Of a DNA stretch of 64,000 nt, positions 8,211 to 17,016 are shown piece by piece. The stretch is taken from IMG/VR virus record IMGVR_UViG_3300009194_000008, positions 34,859 to 98,858 of that record, one strand, 5' to 3'. The notes below the pieces were generated by a model that was given only the letters and a program-made list of their open reading frames with translations, made no database searches and was not told the DNA's origin. The position numbers were made by a program, and so were the translations under genes. Numbering within the stretch: position 1 is the first letter of the stretch; each line of letters begins with the position of its first letter. The DNA is from a virus.

Positions 8211-10220
8211 TCAAGCTTGTGTAACAAAACCATGAAGAACAACACGGACCTTATGGTCAGTACCAGTACTTGCGGCTGCAACAGATACTTCAAGTGAGGT
8301 GGTTCCGTCGAGGAGCAATGGTTCATGTGTTTCGCGACCACCCGCCACCGTGCTAGTGACGAGTGTATTTCCCAGGTAATTACCCGGAGTGGTGTTGTCA
8401 GCACCAATCTGGATCGCAGGATCACCAGCCACATCACTGGCGGATACTACTACAACATCAAAACGGTCCACATACAGCGTTTTCCCATCACTTACCGGGA
8501 ATGTCGCTACCGCCGCGGAATCCGCTAAGTCAACGACATCACTCAACATTACCACCGGTTCAACAGCAGGCTCGGGCTCTGCAGGCGGAACCGGGTGCTT
8601 GAGGACACCCACTTGTTGTTGCGGAACCGACAACTTCTGCTTTCTCGGGTCGTAGGGTAACTGCTGAATACCATCCCCAACGCTACCGTAGTAAGACTGG
8701 TCCTTGTGGGAGAAGACACCAAATTTCCACGGGGAAAGACCGTTGATATCAGAAACTTTTGTGTTGCTCAAGAGGGTTCGGGAGTCGAGGTCGTAGGTTA
8801 GGACATGAGAATTTGTAAAGAAAGTAACTGTCCCATTGTCTTCGTCAATTGCAGCGGTGTCCTTGACTTTACCCAGATCCATCTCCTGAGTACCGTCTGC
8901 TGGGTACCAAACAGTTTCCTCAACCAGATCAATGATCCGGAACAAGTGGACACCAGTACCACAGTCGGCAATAGTGACTACCCACGCATACCGGTCATCC
9001 CGAACAAATACCGCACCACTTTGTACATCGCCAGTGGAGTTGTCAAGGTCCTCCTGAGCTGAATCGATGTTTTTATTAAGGGTGTATGTTCCGGTTAGGG
9101 TATCGTAGTCAAATACCAGTGCGGGGTTAACAATACCCGACCAAATGTGAGTGGCCACCAACTTATTCAGCGACGGCACAACCGCAAGGTTACGCGTCAC
9201 TATGGTTTCCCCAGTTGCGGCGTAATGTTCAGCCGTGTAAGGTATTTCTGGAAGACTGATGGACCAATCCGACGTGTCCAACACAGTGAAACCGTGAACG
9301 TGTTCACGTCCGTCGTTAGTTTCATTCCATGCGTTGTTTTCTGACGTGATTACGATTTTCGTGGTACCGTCAATAAAGGCGAGGTCACGAGGGCCCCAGC
9401 AGTACATTAAGTCGAGGAACTGTTGTTCATCGGCGCGGACCTCTCGCTCCAGCGTCCAATCCGCGGTGCTGTAACACCGAATTACCCCGGAACCTTCCCA
9501 TTTATCGTCGGGATTAACATTAGTTGAATAGTACCCTAAGACGATAAACAACCGACTGCCGTCCGGGGAAAACACAGCGGAGTACGGATCTACACTAGTA
9601 TCAGCTGGAACACCGGGGAGTTCAGCAGTGAGTGAATTGGTGTCCGTGTCATAGACCCGAGCGGTCGGTTTCGTGTTGTCGTCGTACGTCGAGTCCAGGA
9701 CAACCAAGTATTTTTCGTCGGGGGAAAGTGTCACCCGTCGGGAAGTGGACCCAATAGCGGTTGCCCATTCGAGAGTTTCAGCGCTACCCATCACGGGTAG
9801 TTTCTTGAATCCGTCATCTAGGGCGATACTCGTTGCCGTGCCATCACCGTGGACTTCCACCAGACCTGAGTCGTCAAATGCCGACCAAGTCCCCGCCCCG
9901 GTGGCGAGCAGTTCCGCGGTGAAGCGCAGTTCGACCTTGGTGCCAACCTCCCAGCCTTCGGCCGGACGGGTGGTACCTTCCAGCCCACCCACAATCGTCA
10001 GGGTATTACCACTAACACCAGTGACGTCGATGACCTCACGGGCGGTTTCAACGTATTGGGAATCGATCACTTCGGTCTTGAACAGAGTCAGACGATACCG
10101 GTAATCTTCACTTGCCCCCACCAGACGATCACCACCATCGGCGAGTTCCAGTGTAGTGGCATCTACGGCCAGCGGCTGTGCGAGTGCCGCCTTAAAAGCA
10201 TTTAAAAATCCATAACGCAT
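8211..10220 (-). CDS. Putative tail protein with central beta-propeller
   Basis: N-terminal phage tail-type segment (REVIDVTGVSGNTLTI...EGT...W..GTKVELR); propeller-like repeats (LSPDEKYL, FSPDGSRL). Confidence 0.55.
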   Translation of the reverse strand: MRYGFLNAFKAALAQPLAVDATTLELADGGDRLVGASEDYRYRLTLFKTEVIDSQYVETAREVIDVTGVSGNTLTIVGGLEGTTRPAEGWEVGTKVELRFTAELLATGAGTWSAFDDSGLVEVHGDGTATSIALDDGFKKLPVMGSAETLEWATAIGSTSRRVTLSPDEKYLVVLDSTYDDNTKPTARVYDTDTNSLTAELPGVPADTSVDPYSAVFSPDGSRLFIVLGYYSTNVNPDDKWEGSGVIRCYSTADWTLEREVRADEQQFLDLMYCWGPRDLAFIDGTTKIVITSENNAWNETNDGREHVHGFTVLDTSDWSISLPEIPYTAEHYAATGETIVTRNLAVVPSLNKLVATHIWSGIVNPALVFDYDTLTGTYTLNKNIDSAQEDLDNSTGDVQSGAVFVRDDRYAWVVTIADCGTGVHLFRIIDLVEETVWYPADGTQEMDLGKVKDTAAIDEDNGTVTFFTNSHVLTYDLDSRTLLSNTKVSDINGLSPWKFGVFSHKDQSYYGSVGDGIQQLPYDPRKQKLSVPQQQVGVLKHPVPPAEPEPAVEPVVMLSDVVDLADSAAVATFPVSDGKTLYVDRFDVVVVSASDVAGDPAIQIGADNTTPGNYLGNTLVTSTVAGGRETHEPLLLDGTTSLEVSVAAASTGTDHKVRVVLHGFVTQA

Positions 10221-10243
10221 GTCGTGTTACTCCTAAATCGATT

Positions 10244-10498
10244 TTACCCGAGCGTGGTGGTGCCTAACGCGTAACCACCCACTGTTTTAGACTGCCCCAT
10301 CATTGGGATGTCCACATAATCTGCCAAGAAACCCCCATCCATTGATCCCGAACTGGAAACCAATGAACCACCGGGGGTGATACCGTCATGGATGCGCAGT
10401 TCCCCACGCTCACTATCGATAGTAATTTCGCCGTCACCACCCACGTACAGGTCGTTCTTTTGCGTAGTACCCCGACGGTGTAAGTACTGCTTCGTCAT
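10244..10498 (-). CDS. Mtd-N-like domain small protein
   Basis: HRRGTTQKNDLYVGGDGEITIDSERGELRIHDGITPGG. Confidence 0.7.
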   Translation of the reverse strand: MTKQYLHRRGTTQKNDLYVGGDGEITIDSERGELRIHDGITPGGSLVSSSGSMDGGFLADYVDIPMMGQSKTVGGYALGTTTLG

Positions 10499-10525
10499 TG
10501 TATCTTACCCCTTTTCAATATAATG

Positions 10526-10563
10526 CCACCCTCACTCTACACATTTAATTGGAGTGAGGGTGG
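10526..10563. repeat. 12-bp perfect inverted repeat in intergenic/5' leader region
   Basis: CCACCCTCACTC-14 nt-GAGTGAGGGTGG. Confidence 0.7.
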
Positions 10564-10581
10564 GATCATATCCTTTATTTG

Positions 10582-11043
10582 TTAGGCCAGTTCACCGGCA
10601 TCCACGGTGTTCTGCCAAACACTGTCGGGCAGATCCGTTTCAGCGTTCTGTACGGTGTAGATGGAGGCGATACGAGCAACGGAAGCCGCTACCATACTGG
10701 AGTCCCAGTACGCTGCCAGCATGCCATTACGCGGAGTGGCAATACCACCACGCGTCACCAGACCAAACCCAGGAGTGTCGGCATCGGTAGTCGGACGGTC
10801 GTTGAGGGCGATGGAGAGACTGAACTCACCGCTGCCTTCATCGGACACCGCCAGGACGTTCCATACCGCACCACCTGGCTCGATCATGACGTCGCCCACG
10901 GTGATGGGGTTATCGACAGGGTTCTGGCCCTGCGGATAGTTGACCCGAACCCCAATGTTGTCCCACTGACCATTGACATCGTCAAAGGACTGCAGGCCAT
11001 TGAAGCCCAGGATTTCGATACCTGCTAAAATCATAGTGGTCAC
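10582..11043 (-). CDS. Hypothetical virion-associated protein
   Basis: In-line with tail genes, coding-like codon bias, C-terminal VDAG motif. Confidence 0.55.
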   Translation of the reverse strand: MTTMILAGIEILGFNGLQSFDDVNGQWDNIGVRVNYPQGQNPVDNPITVGDVMIEPGGAVWNVLAVSDEGSGEFSLSIALNDRPTTDADTPGFGLVTRGGIATPRNGMLAAYWDSSMVAASVARIASIYTVQNAETDLPDSVWQNTVDAGELA

Positions 11044-11046
11044 CGT

Positions 11047-11925
11047 TTAGAAGTGGATGATAAGGTTCAGCGCATCGTTGCTGGACAGCTGGGTGATGAT
11101 CACGGTGTTCTCATCCAAAATCTGCATGTTGCGCACACCGGTGGGGTACAGGGCGGTGATCGGAGACACTTCGGTCACATAGCCGAACCAGTTAACCGGA
11201 TACTTGCCCTGGTTGTGGGTGATCTTCAGGGAGGTACCATCGTACTCCTTGGCCACAGTCACGCCATCGGGAACCACGAAGTCATCAGCCGCCCAGCTGA
11301 TAACGTCGATACGGATCGGCACGGTGCCAGCAGGACCCTGCGGGCCTTGAGCACCCTGATCGCCTTTATCACCCTTGAGGGAGGCCAGCCAGTCGGTAAC
11401 ACTACCGGTATAGCCTTCGTTGACCGCGACTTCATAGGCCGACATGCCATCGGGACCGACCGGGCCCTGGGGACCTTCTTCGCCTTGAATCCCCTGGATG
11501 CCTTGTTCACCCTGGACACCCTGCTCACCTTGGTCGCCTTTTTCGCCTTGGACACCCTGCTCACCCTGCTCGCCCTTCAGGGAATCCAGCCATTCTTGCA
11601 GAGTACCGGTAAAGCCTTCACCGACAGCGGCCACATAAGCGGACTCACCGGCCGGACCTTCCGGACCCACGAGGGAATCCAGCCATTCCTGGCGGGTACC
11701 ATTGAAGCCTTCGATTTGGGCCAGCTCGTAGGCGGACTTACCTTCAGCGCCTTGCTGACCGATCAGCAGGTCGGTACTGATACGACCATTGATGAACGGG
11801 CCAGAGTCGCCATCACGGTGGATAACTTCGACGAACTTCTGACCGGACAGATCAGGAAGTACCGTCAGTTCCGAGAGCTTTAAACCATTTGCATTCATCG
11901 TTACTTTCCTCTTTCTAAAAGACAA
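11047..11925 (-). CDS. Collagen-like tail fibre protein (likely start ~11898)
   Basis: Gly-X-Y run GEQGEQGVQGEKGDQ...GPQGPVGPDG and three SAY..A...G..G...EWL.SL.G repeats. Confidence 0.85.
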   Translation of the reverse strand: MSFRKRKVTMNANGLKLSELTVLPDLSGQKFVEVIHRDGDSGPFINGRISTDLLIGQQGAEGKSAYELAQIEGFNGTRQEWLDSLVGPEGPAGESAYVAAVGEGFTGTLQEWLDSLKGEQGEQGVQGEKGDQGEQGVQGEQGIQGIQGEEGPQGPVGPDGMSAYEVAVNEGYTGSVTDWLASLKGDKGDQGAQGPQGPAGTVPIRIDVISWAADDFVVPDGVTVAKEYDGTSLKITHNQGKYPVNWFGYVTEVSPITALYPTGVRNMQILDENTVIITQLSSNDALNLIIHF

Positions 11926-11978
11926 TTGGCATTGTTGCCAGTCCTACACACCTTAAAAGACCCTAGCCTTTTAAACGA

Positions 11979-12527
11979 TTAGGCGGATTCCAGCATACGG
12001 AAATGACCATCTTCCATAAGGCGGCCAATACCGGTACCATCTTCCATCAGACGCACATCATCAACCGAATCCAGCGACACCAGGCTGACTTCCACCGTGA
12101 CTTCACCGTACCAGACATAGGACGTCGGCTTGGCCTTCAGGGTAAACTGGAACGGGTTTTGGCGGGAATGGACCTTGATGCGGTCGAAATCCACGTCACG
12201 GGAATTGAGGTTGAACCCCAGCTGACGGTTGATCTCTTCCGCGATCGAACGATGCGTGGGAGTCCGATCGTCGCGATGGGTAATACTCACCACCGGACCC
12301 ATGGCAACTGCCATGTCCAGACGCCGATAATACAGAGACTCTTTACGGCCTCGATCCTGGAGGTACATTTCGATGTAGGTACGACCCGGATCGGTATCGG
12401 TAGGAACCGGGATGGGGTCTTCGAAGGACACATTGTAGTCCATCACCCCCAACCGCGGATGGGTCTCTTGGATGAGATCTACGAGCGCATCCCGACCCCG
12501 CTTTGTGTAACTGTAAATCACTGACAT
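11979..12527 (-). CDS. phiKZ-like virion structural protein
   Basis: YRRLD...IN...G.NL...D...A.P.SYVW.G pattern recalled from jumbo-phage structural families; C-terminal RLMEDG repeats. Confidence 0.55.
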   Translation of the reverse strand: MSVIYSYTKRGRDALVDLIQETHPRLGVMDYNVSFEDPIPVPTDTDPGRTYIEMYLQDRGRKESLYYRRLDMAVAMGPVVSITHRDDRTPTHRSIAEEINRQLGFNLNSRDVDFDRIKVHSRQNPFQFTLKAKPTSYVWYGEVTVEVSLVSLDSVDDVRLMEDGTGIGRLMEDGHFRMLESA

Positions 12528-12591
12528 ACGTGTGACTCCATGAACATTTCTCGGTGTTGGCGGACATCTGACTTAGATAAACGTTCGCTGC

Positions 12592-12604
12592 CATACCATT
12601 GTCA
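12592..12604 (-). promoter_or_regulatory. Putative late promoter TGACAATGGTATG
   Basis: Identical 13-mer also at 30433-30445; both lie ~60-65 nt upstream of structural genes; ends in TATG like phiKZ late promoters. Confidence 0.55.
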
Positions 12605-12622
12605 ATCCCGCCGCGTGTCGCC

Positions 12623-13060
12623 TCAGTAGTTCTCTCGTTTGATAAATCCCTGTTCGATCATGATGATTGCATAGTTGCGCCCATCCGGCAGAATGATGTC
12701 GGCTTCAACGCGGTTGTAAACTGCCCAGCCATATGAACGTACGATAAAACGCTCAGGCAACAGGTCCTGAGCATAGACCGTGGCTTCCTCACCATGGAGC
12801 TTTTCTTCCTCGGTCCCTGGACGCCAGGTTTCCGGTGCGTCGTAGTCACGGATGCGAACCCGGACATCCATCAATACCCCCAACCCCATGCTCAGTCGAA
12901 CATCGAAGGTGTCGGCATCCACGACATTTATCAACTCACCGATGTAATACTGCGTTTCCTCCACATGGTTAAACAGGGGGGTTTCGTCAACATAGGCCTG
13001 CGCGGCGAACGACATCACCCAGCACAGTAGCCCGAGAATAAAACAACGTAACGTTTTCAT
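12623..13060 (-). CDS. Thermonuclease (SNase-like) with signal peptide
   Basis: VVDADTF...RVRIRDYDAPE...YNRVEA; N-terminal MKTLRCFILGLLCWVMSFAAQA signal peptide. Confidence 0.8.
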   Translation of the reverse strand: MKTLRCFILGLLCWVMSFAAQAYVDETPLFNHVEETQYYIGELINVVDADTFDVRLSMGLGVLMDVRVRIRDYDAPETWRPGTEEEKLHGEEATVYAQDLLPERFIVRSYGWAVYNRVEADIILPDGRNYAIIMIEQGFIKRENY

Positions 13061-13115
13061 TTTACCTACCACCTTCAGTTCGTAAACCCTATAACATATC
13101 ATTCCACGGATTGAC

Positions 13116-13160
13116 GGCATAAAGCGGGTGGGGACAACCCCACCCTAGCTTACTTATGTC
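13116..13160. terminator. Conserved hairpin element
   Basis: GGCATAA-GGGTGGGG-acaa-CCCCACCC-TTATGTC. Confidence 0.65.
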
Positions 13161-14011
13161 ACACAGGGCCGACTGAAAGCAGCGAAGTGTGCCAAGAGTT
13201 TTTCACTCACCGCATGCTTGTGGCCGGCGGGCCCGTTGTAGCGTCGACTAAAGGCGGTCCACTCGCGGTTTCGTAACGCCTCGTGGAGTACCGGGTCAGC
13301 TTTTATAAAACGACTAATGGTCAGTAATTGATGACGTTCACCTCGCTTCATTTCCGTTACCAGGTCATGAACCGATGCAAACCCGAGGCGTTGCCAATGA
13401 TACCCCATCAATTGAAACAACCCCCAACCGGTTGATTCCAGAGCTGCTTCTTCATTGATCGCTGCGGCACGTACCAAGTGGTCGTAGCCTGCCTGGTCCA
13501 CATGACCGCCGTCGGGATGGCGACCGATGAGGTCAGGGTACTTACTCAGGTAGTGGGTGGGATCAATCCCTTTGTCTGCCAGCCGCTGGCGCATGATGTG
13601 GCGTTCATAGACCACCGTTGGTCGTTCACTGTCAAGAAACCCAAGTCCTCGCGATTCCACCGCATTGAAAGTCATGACTGTAGCGACGGAAACACCAAGA
13701 ATTACAGCAGCGTTTTCAACATCCGTTTGCGACAACCAGTGTGGATCACGTGGATGGCCAGTTAAACACGCCTGCGTCTTAGGGCCCACACGTCCATCTT
13801 CTACAAGTTGGTGTTTACGTTGAAACGCTTTTACCGTACGCAATAAGGCGTCGTCGAAATGTTCAGTTACGGCAATGGAATGGCCCTGTTCCTGTAGTTG
13901 ACGTTGTATCCGTGTCACGTTATCGCCGCTATCACCGAAAACCGTATGGGGTACCACACAAGGAATAAAGTTGACACTGTTCCACCAGTCAATATCTTGG
14001 TAGCTCGACAT
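13154..14011 (-). CDS. Modular endolysin 1: PG-binding domain + DUF3380-type N-acetylmuramidase
   Basis: V..FQR...L..DG.VGPKT; AVESRG.GF; YERH; WGLFQLMGYHW; RRYNGP. Confidence 0.85.
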   Translation of the reverse strand: MSSYQDIDWWNSVNFIPCVVPHTVFGDSGDNVTRIQRQLQEQGHSIAVTEHFDDALLRTVKAFQRKHQLVEDGRVGPKTQACLTGHPRDPHWLSQTDVENAAVILGVSVATVMTFNAVESRGLGFLDSERPTVVYERHIMRQRLADKGIDPTHYLSKYPDLIGRHPDGGHVDQAGYDHLVRAAAINEEAALESTGWGLFQLMGYHWQRLGFASVHDLVTEMKRGERHQLLTISRFIKADPVLHEALRNREWTAFSRRYNGPAGHKHAVSEKLLAHFAAFSRPCVT

Positions 14012-14076
14012 CTGACCACCTCATCGTGCGCATTATCGCTGTTGTTGGCAGGTTGACCATATGATAGTTTTGTTAC

Positions 14077-14110
14077 GGCATAAAACCCCTTCCCTTTGGT
14101 GGGAAGGGGT
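14077..14110 (-). terminator. Conserved hairpin element
   Basis: GGCATAAA-ACCCCTTCCC-tttggt-GGGAAGGGGT. Confidence 0.7.
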
Positions 14111-14115
14111 GTCTA

Positions 14116-14934
14116 TTACGCGATGCTACCTTGGTCCAGCACCCAGTCGCCACCGGCATCGCTAAAGCCCATGGACTCGAGCAACCAACGAGTGGCTTGC
14201 GGGGTCATGTTGGCGGTCTCCACCGCCGCGGCTTCGGCTTCGGCTTGGGTAGCGTTGCCTTGGTTCTCCACGCTATCCAGACCCACGTCGGCTTTCACCA
14301 GGGTCACTGCACCGGATTTACCCGCAACGGTGGTGACAGACTCGGAGAAGCTGATCACACCGGTGCCACCGTCGTAGGACAGATCACCGCTGACACTGAT
14401 GGCGTTACGAGCACGGGTATCAGTGAAGTAGAGGTTGGTAGAGCCTTCGGCCAGCCCATCGGTGGTGGCCGGACCTGCGTTGGCCTCGGTCATGTTGATG
14501 TAGGCACTGCCGGACCAACGGTAGATGTCGTTGGTGTCCAGGGCGATGTAGATGACGCTGGTCTCACCAGTGGCGGGGAAGGACGCCTCATCGGCAAACT
14601 CCAGCACATCATCCACGTAGGCGGGCAGCTGGGAAGACGGGATCTTGCCGGAGCTGTTCAGGGTGGCGATACCATCGGCCACACCCACCTGGTCCACGGC
14701 AACCTTGGCTGCCAGGGCGGTTTCCAGACCACTTACTCCGGAGATACCCAGTTCGTCCAGCTGTTGCTGAATGGCCTGGATGTCACCCGGGACCGGCACC
14801 AGGAAGCCACCTTGAGTTGCCCCGTCATGAATGCGAAGCTGGTTGAGTTCGGTATCCAGGGAGAGGGAACCCGCTGCCCCGGTGAAACCATCATTCTGAA
14901 CCGTTGTGCCGCGCCGAAACTGAATCTTTAACAT
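14116..14934 (-). CDS. Mtd-N-like tail fibre/adaptor protein
   Basis: IQFRRGTT...LRIHDGATQGG; QLPAYVDDV; EGSTNLYFT; KADVGLDSVEN. Confidence 0.8.
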   Translation of the reverse strand: MLKIQFRRGTTVQNDGFTGAAGSLSLDTELNQLRIHDGATQGGFLVPVPGDIQAIQQQLDELGISGVSGLETALAAKVAVDQVGVADGIATLNSSGKIPSSQLPAYVDDVLEFADEASFPATGETSVIYIALDTNDIYRWSGSAYINMTEANAGPATTDGLAEGSTNLYFTDTRARNAISVSGDLSYDGGTGVISFSESVTTVAGKSGAVTLVKADVGLDSVENQGNATQAEAEAAAVETANMTPQATRWLLESMGFSDAGGDWVLDQGSIA

Positions 14935-14978
14935 GTTAGTTCTCCTAACGTATTGGTTGGTACTTCGTAAACATTGCC

Positions 14979-15548
14979 TTAATTAGGCAAGGACCCCTGG
15001 TCATGTACCCAGGTATCGTCGTCGGGATCGTGAACAATCCCTACTTCACCCATTTTACCGGTGAAATATTGACCGAACTCCTCGGTATTAAGCTTAGCAT
15101 CCAGTGCTTGCTGTGTGGCGGTGGAAACCGGTTTGTCCATGTCCGATGTGTTGTCGACTTGGTCCAGTCCCAGGTGGGCTGGGGTCAAGACCATCCACCC
15201 TAGGTTTTGACCGTCATTGGTCATCACCTTGCCTGCATCCTGCGGTTCCAATTGGTAGAGGGCTTCCATGGTCCGAATCCAATCGTCTCGGGTGCCCTGG
15301 AATCCATTCTCCACTGCCGCATCAAAGGCGGATTTGCCTTTTAGTGAACTTAGCCACTGGATTTCCGTTCCAGGAAATCCATACTCGACCGCGATCTCAT
15401 AAGCGGACTTGCCTTTAAGACCCGTGCGGAGTGTCTCGACACTGATTCGGCGGTTCACCCATTTCAATCCCGAGCGGGAGATGATTTCTAGCCAACCTTC
15501 CGTCGGGATCTGCGTAAGTGGATCGAAATCCGAAATACGATATCCCAT
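14979..15548 (-). CDS. Tail fibre-associated protein
   Basis: GKSAYEIAV..GF.GT...WL.SLKG repeats and LGLDQVDNTSDMDKPVSTATQQAL motif. Confidence 0.75.
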   Translation of the reverse strand: MGYRISDFDPLTQIPTEGWLEIISRSGLKWVNRRISVETLRTGLKGKSAYEIAVEYGFPGTEIQWLSSLKGKSAFDAAVENGFQGTRDDWIRTMEALYQLEPQDAGKVMTNDGQNLGWMVLTPAHLGLDQVDNTSDMDKPVSTATQQALDAKLNTEEFGQYFTGKMGEVGIVHDPDDDTWVHDQGSLPN

Positions 15549-15559
15549 TTGTAACCCCT

Positions 15560-16426
15560 TTAAGTCGGTCGCGTCTCACTGTACCGGGTGAATGCCGCGG
15601 CGAGCTTTTCATCGTAGCGGTTTTTCTCGTACGCAGGACCGTTATATCGACGGGCATAACGCGCCCAATGTTGCGTCCTCAGTGCATCAAGCAAAACCGG
15701 ATCACGTTGGTTGAATTTAACAAACGCCATCAGATGATCACGTTCGCTACGTTTCATCGCACTCACGTAGGTTTGAGCTGAAGTGTACCCCAGGTGTTCC
15801 CAGTGGTACCCCATGATCTGGAAAAGTCCCCAGGAAGCAGACTCCAGTGCCGATACCTCGTGCAGTTGCTGTGCTGCATTCAGACGCTGGTGTTCGTCAA
15901 GACCGCCCTTATAGCCACCCGGGCTTGAATTAACCAGATGCGGATACTGATCCACATAGTCGTCAACCGCAATACCGTGGTGCTTCATACGACGGCGCAT
16001 GATGTGACGCTCGAACAGGATCGCTGGGGTATCAGGAGCGAAGAAACCGCTACCGCGTGACTCAACGGCGTTCACGGCCATGATCGCTGCCACGGGAACA
16101 TCCAGCATCCTCGCCGCGTCTTCCAGGTCTTCCTGAGAGAGAACCGTGGGGTCCTTGGGGTGTTTCTCCAGACAGGCGAACGTCTTGGGACCGACTCGAC
16201 CATCCTGTACCAGCCCGACGTCTTTCTGGAAACGACGAACCACACGTTCGGTGCCAGGACCAAAGTCCCCGTCCACCGAGATGGCGTAACCCGCTTCCTT
16301 CAATAGCCGTTGGATGCTCTGAACCTCGGGGCCGTTATCCCCCAGATCGATCATGACAACTTGCTGTGGGACCACATCGACCTGCTCCCACCAATGGGGG
16401 GCACTGTCATCGAAAGTGTTTGACAT
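15560..16426 (-). CDS. Modular endolysin 2: PG-binding domain + DUF3380-type N-acetylmuramidase
   Basis: VDGDFGPGT...FQ...DGRVGPKT; AVESRGSGF; FERH; SWGLFQIMGYHW; RRYNGPAY. Confidence 0.9.
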   Translation of the reverse strand: MSNTFDDSAPHWWEQVDVVPQQVVMIDLGDNGPEVQSIQRLLKEAGYAISVDGDFGPGTERVVRRFQKDVGLVQDGRVGPKTFACLEKHPKDPTVLSQEDLEDAARMLDVPVAAIMAVNAVESRGSGFFAPDTPAILFERHIMRRRMKHHGIAVDDYVDQYPHLVNSSPGGYKGGLDEHQRLNAAQQLHEVSALESASWGLFQIMGYHWEHLGYTSAQTYVSAMKRSERDHLMAFVKFNQRDPVLLDALRTQHWARYARRYNGPAYEKNRYDEKLAAAFTRYSETRPT

Positions 16427-16427
16427 A

Positions 16428-16742
16428 TTACATTACCTCGGGTCGCTGATTCTGCGCACACCGTTCGAGCTTGTCCAGTGTTGCGTCATCACAGGCGCCA
16501 GTGGGGGATAGCTGAAGGTCGCGTTGAAAAGCCTTCAGTGACCGGAAGGTCTGGGCATCGACTTCCCCATGAATCGGGGACGAGTACCCAACACGCCGGA
16601 GGAGGGACTGTACATAACGACAATCGCTATCTAGATGATCAATCGCCACGAAAGGTCTCCCGATAAAAACCGTAAACCCCCACGGCTGCCGACATCGTTT
16701 TACGCCGCCATTTCGATACCCCGGACGACAATAACGCTTCAC
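16428..16742 (-). CDS. Stand-alone peptidoglycan-binding domain protein (true start probably downstream of 16742)
   Basis: VQSLL...GY...G..D..T...LKAFQ...L..TG..D..T...L. Confidence 0.7.
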   Translation of the reverse strand: MKRYCRPGYRNGGVKRCRQPWGFTVFIGRPFVAIDHLDSDCRYVQSLLRRVGYSSPIHGEVDAQTFRSLKAFQRDLQLSPTGACDDATLDKLERCAQNQRPEVM

Positions 16743-16998
16743 GAAACTTTCGATTGGCTACCCGCCAACCCACACCTGATTTCAACAGGTAATCGTGTAC
16801 CACAGCCGCTGGGAAATACCGACACACCGGGGGGAAGAACAACCAGAAAATACGCGGAATGGTTGCGCCATCGGTAATGAAAAGCCGGGGTACTTCTTCA
16901 CCAACCACCCGCATGACTTCGTGCAGACGATATCGAACCGGTTTCCACCACCGATCTGGTAATAAGATGTCTACCGGAAAACACGTTTTTTGGGTCAT
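16639..16998 (-). CDS. DUF1353-like protein
   Basis: VP..FITDGATIPR.FW...Y..AAVVHDYL...A...F. Confidence 0.8.
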   Translation of the reverse strand: MTQKTCFPVDILLPDRWWKPVRYRLHEVMRVVGEEVPRLFITDGATIPRIFWLFFPPVCRYFPAAVVHDYLLKSGVGWRVANRKFREALLSSGVSKWRRKTMSAAVGVYGFYRETFRGD

Positions 16999-17016
16999 GT
17001 CACATCCCCGCTATAA

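Noticed and set aside
11440-11580. Short tandem 9/18-nt repeats
   Set aside because: Fully explained by collagen Gly-X-Y codons
11053-11883. Long plus-strand ORFs opposite fibre and head genes (also 14131-14931, 37141-37920, 37963-38769, 43943-44665, 53726-54433)
   Set aside because: Antisense shadows caused by codon bias of the real minus-strand genes; no motifs or RBS
13061-13120. ORF-track start of the nuclease at 13120
   Set aside because: That ATG is part of the conserved TTATGCC hairpin flank; the signal peptide and RBS fit ATG 13060
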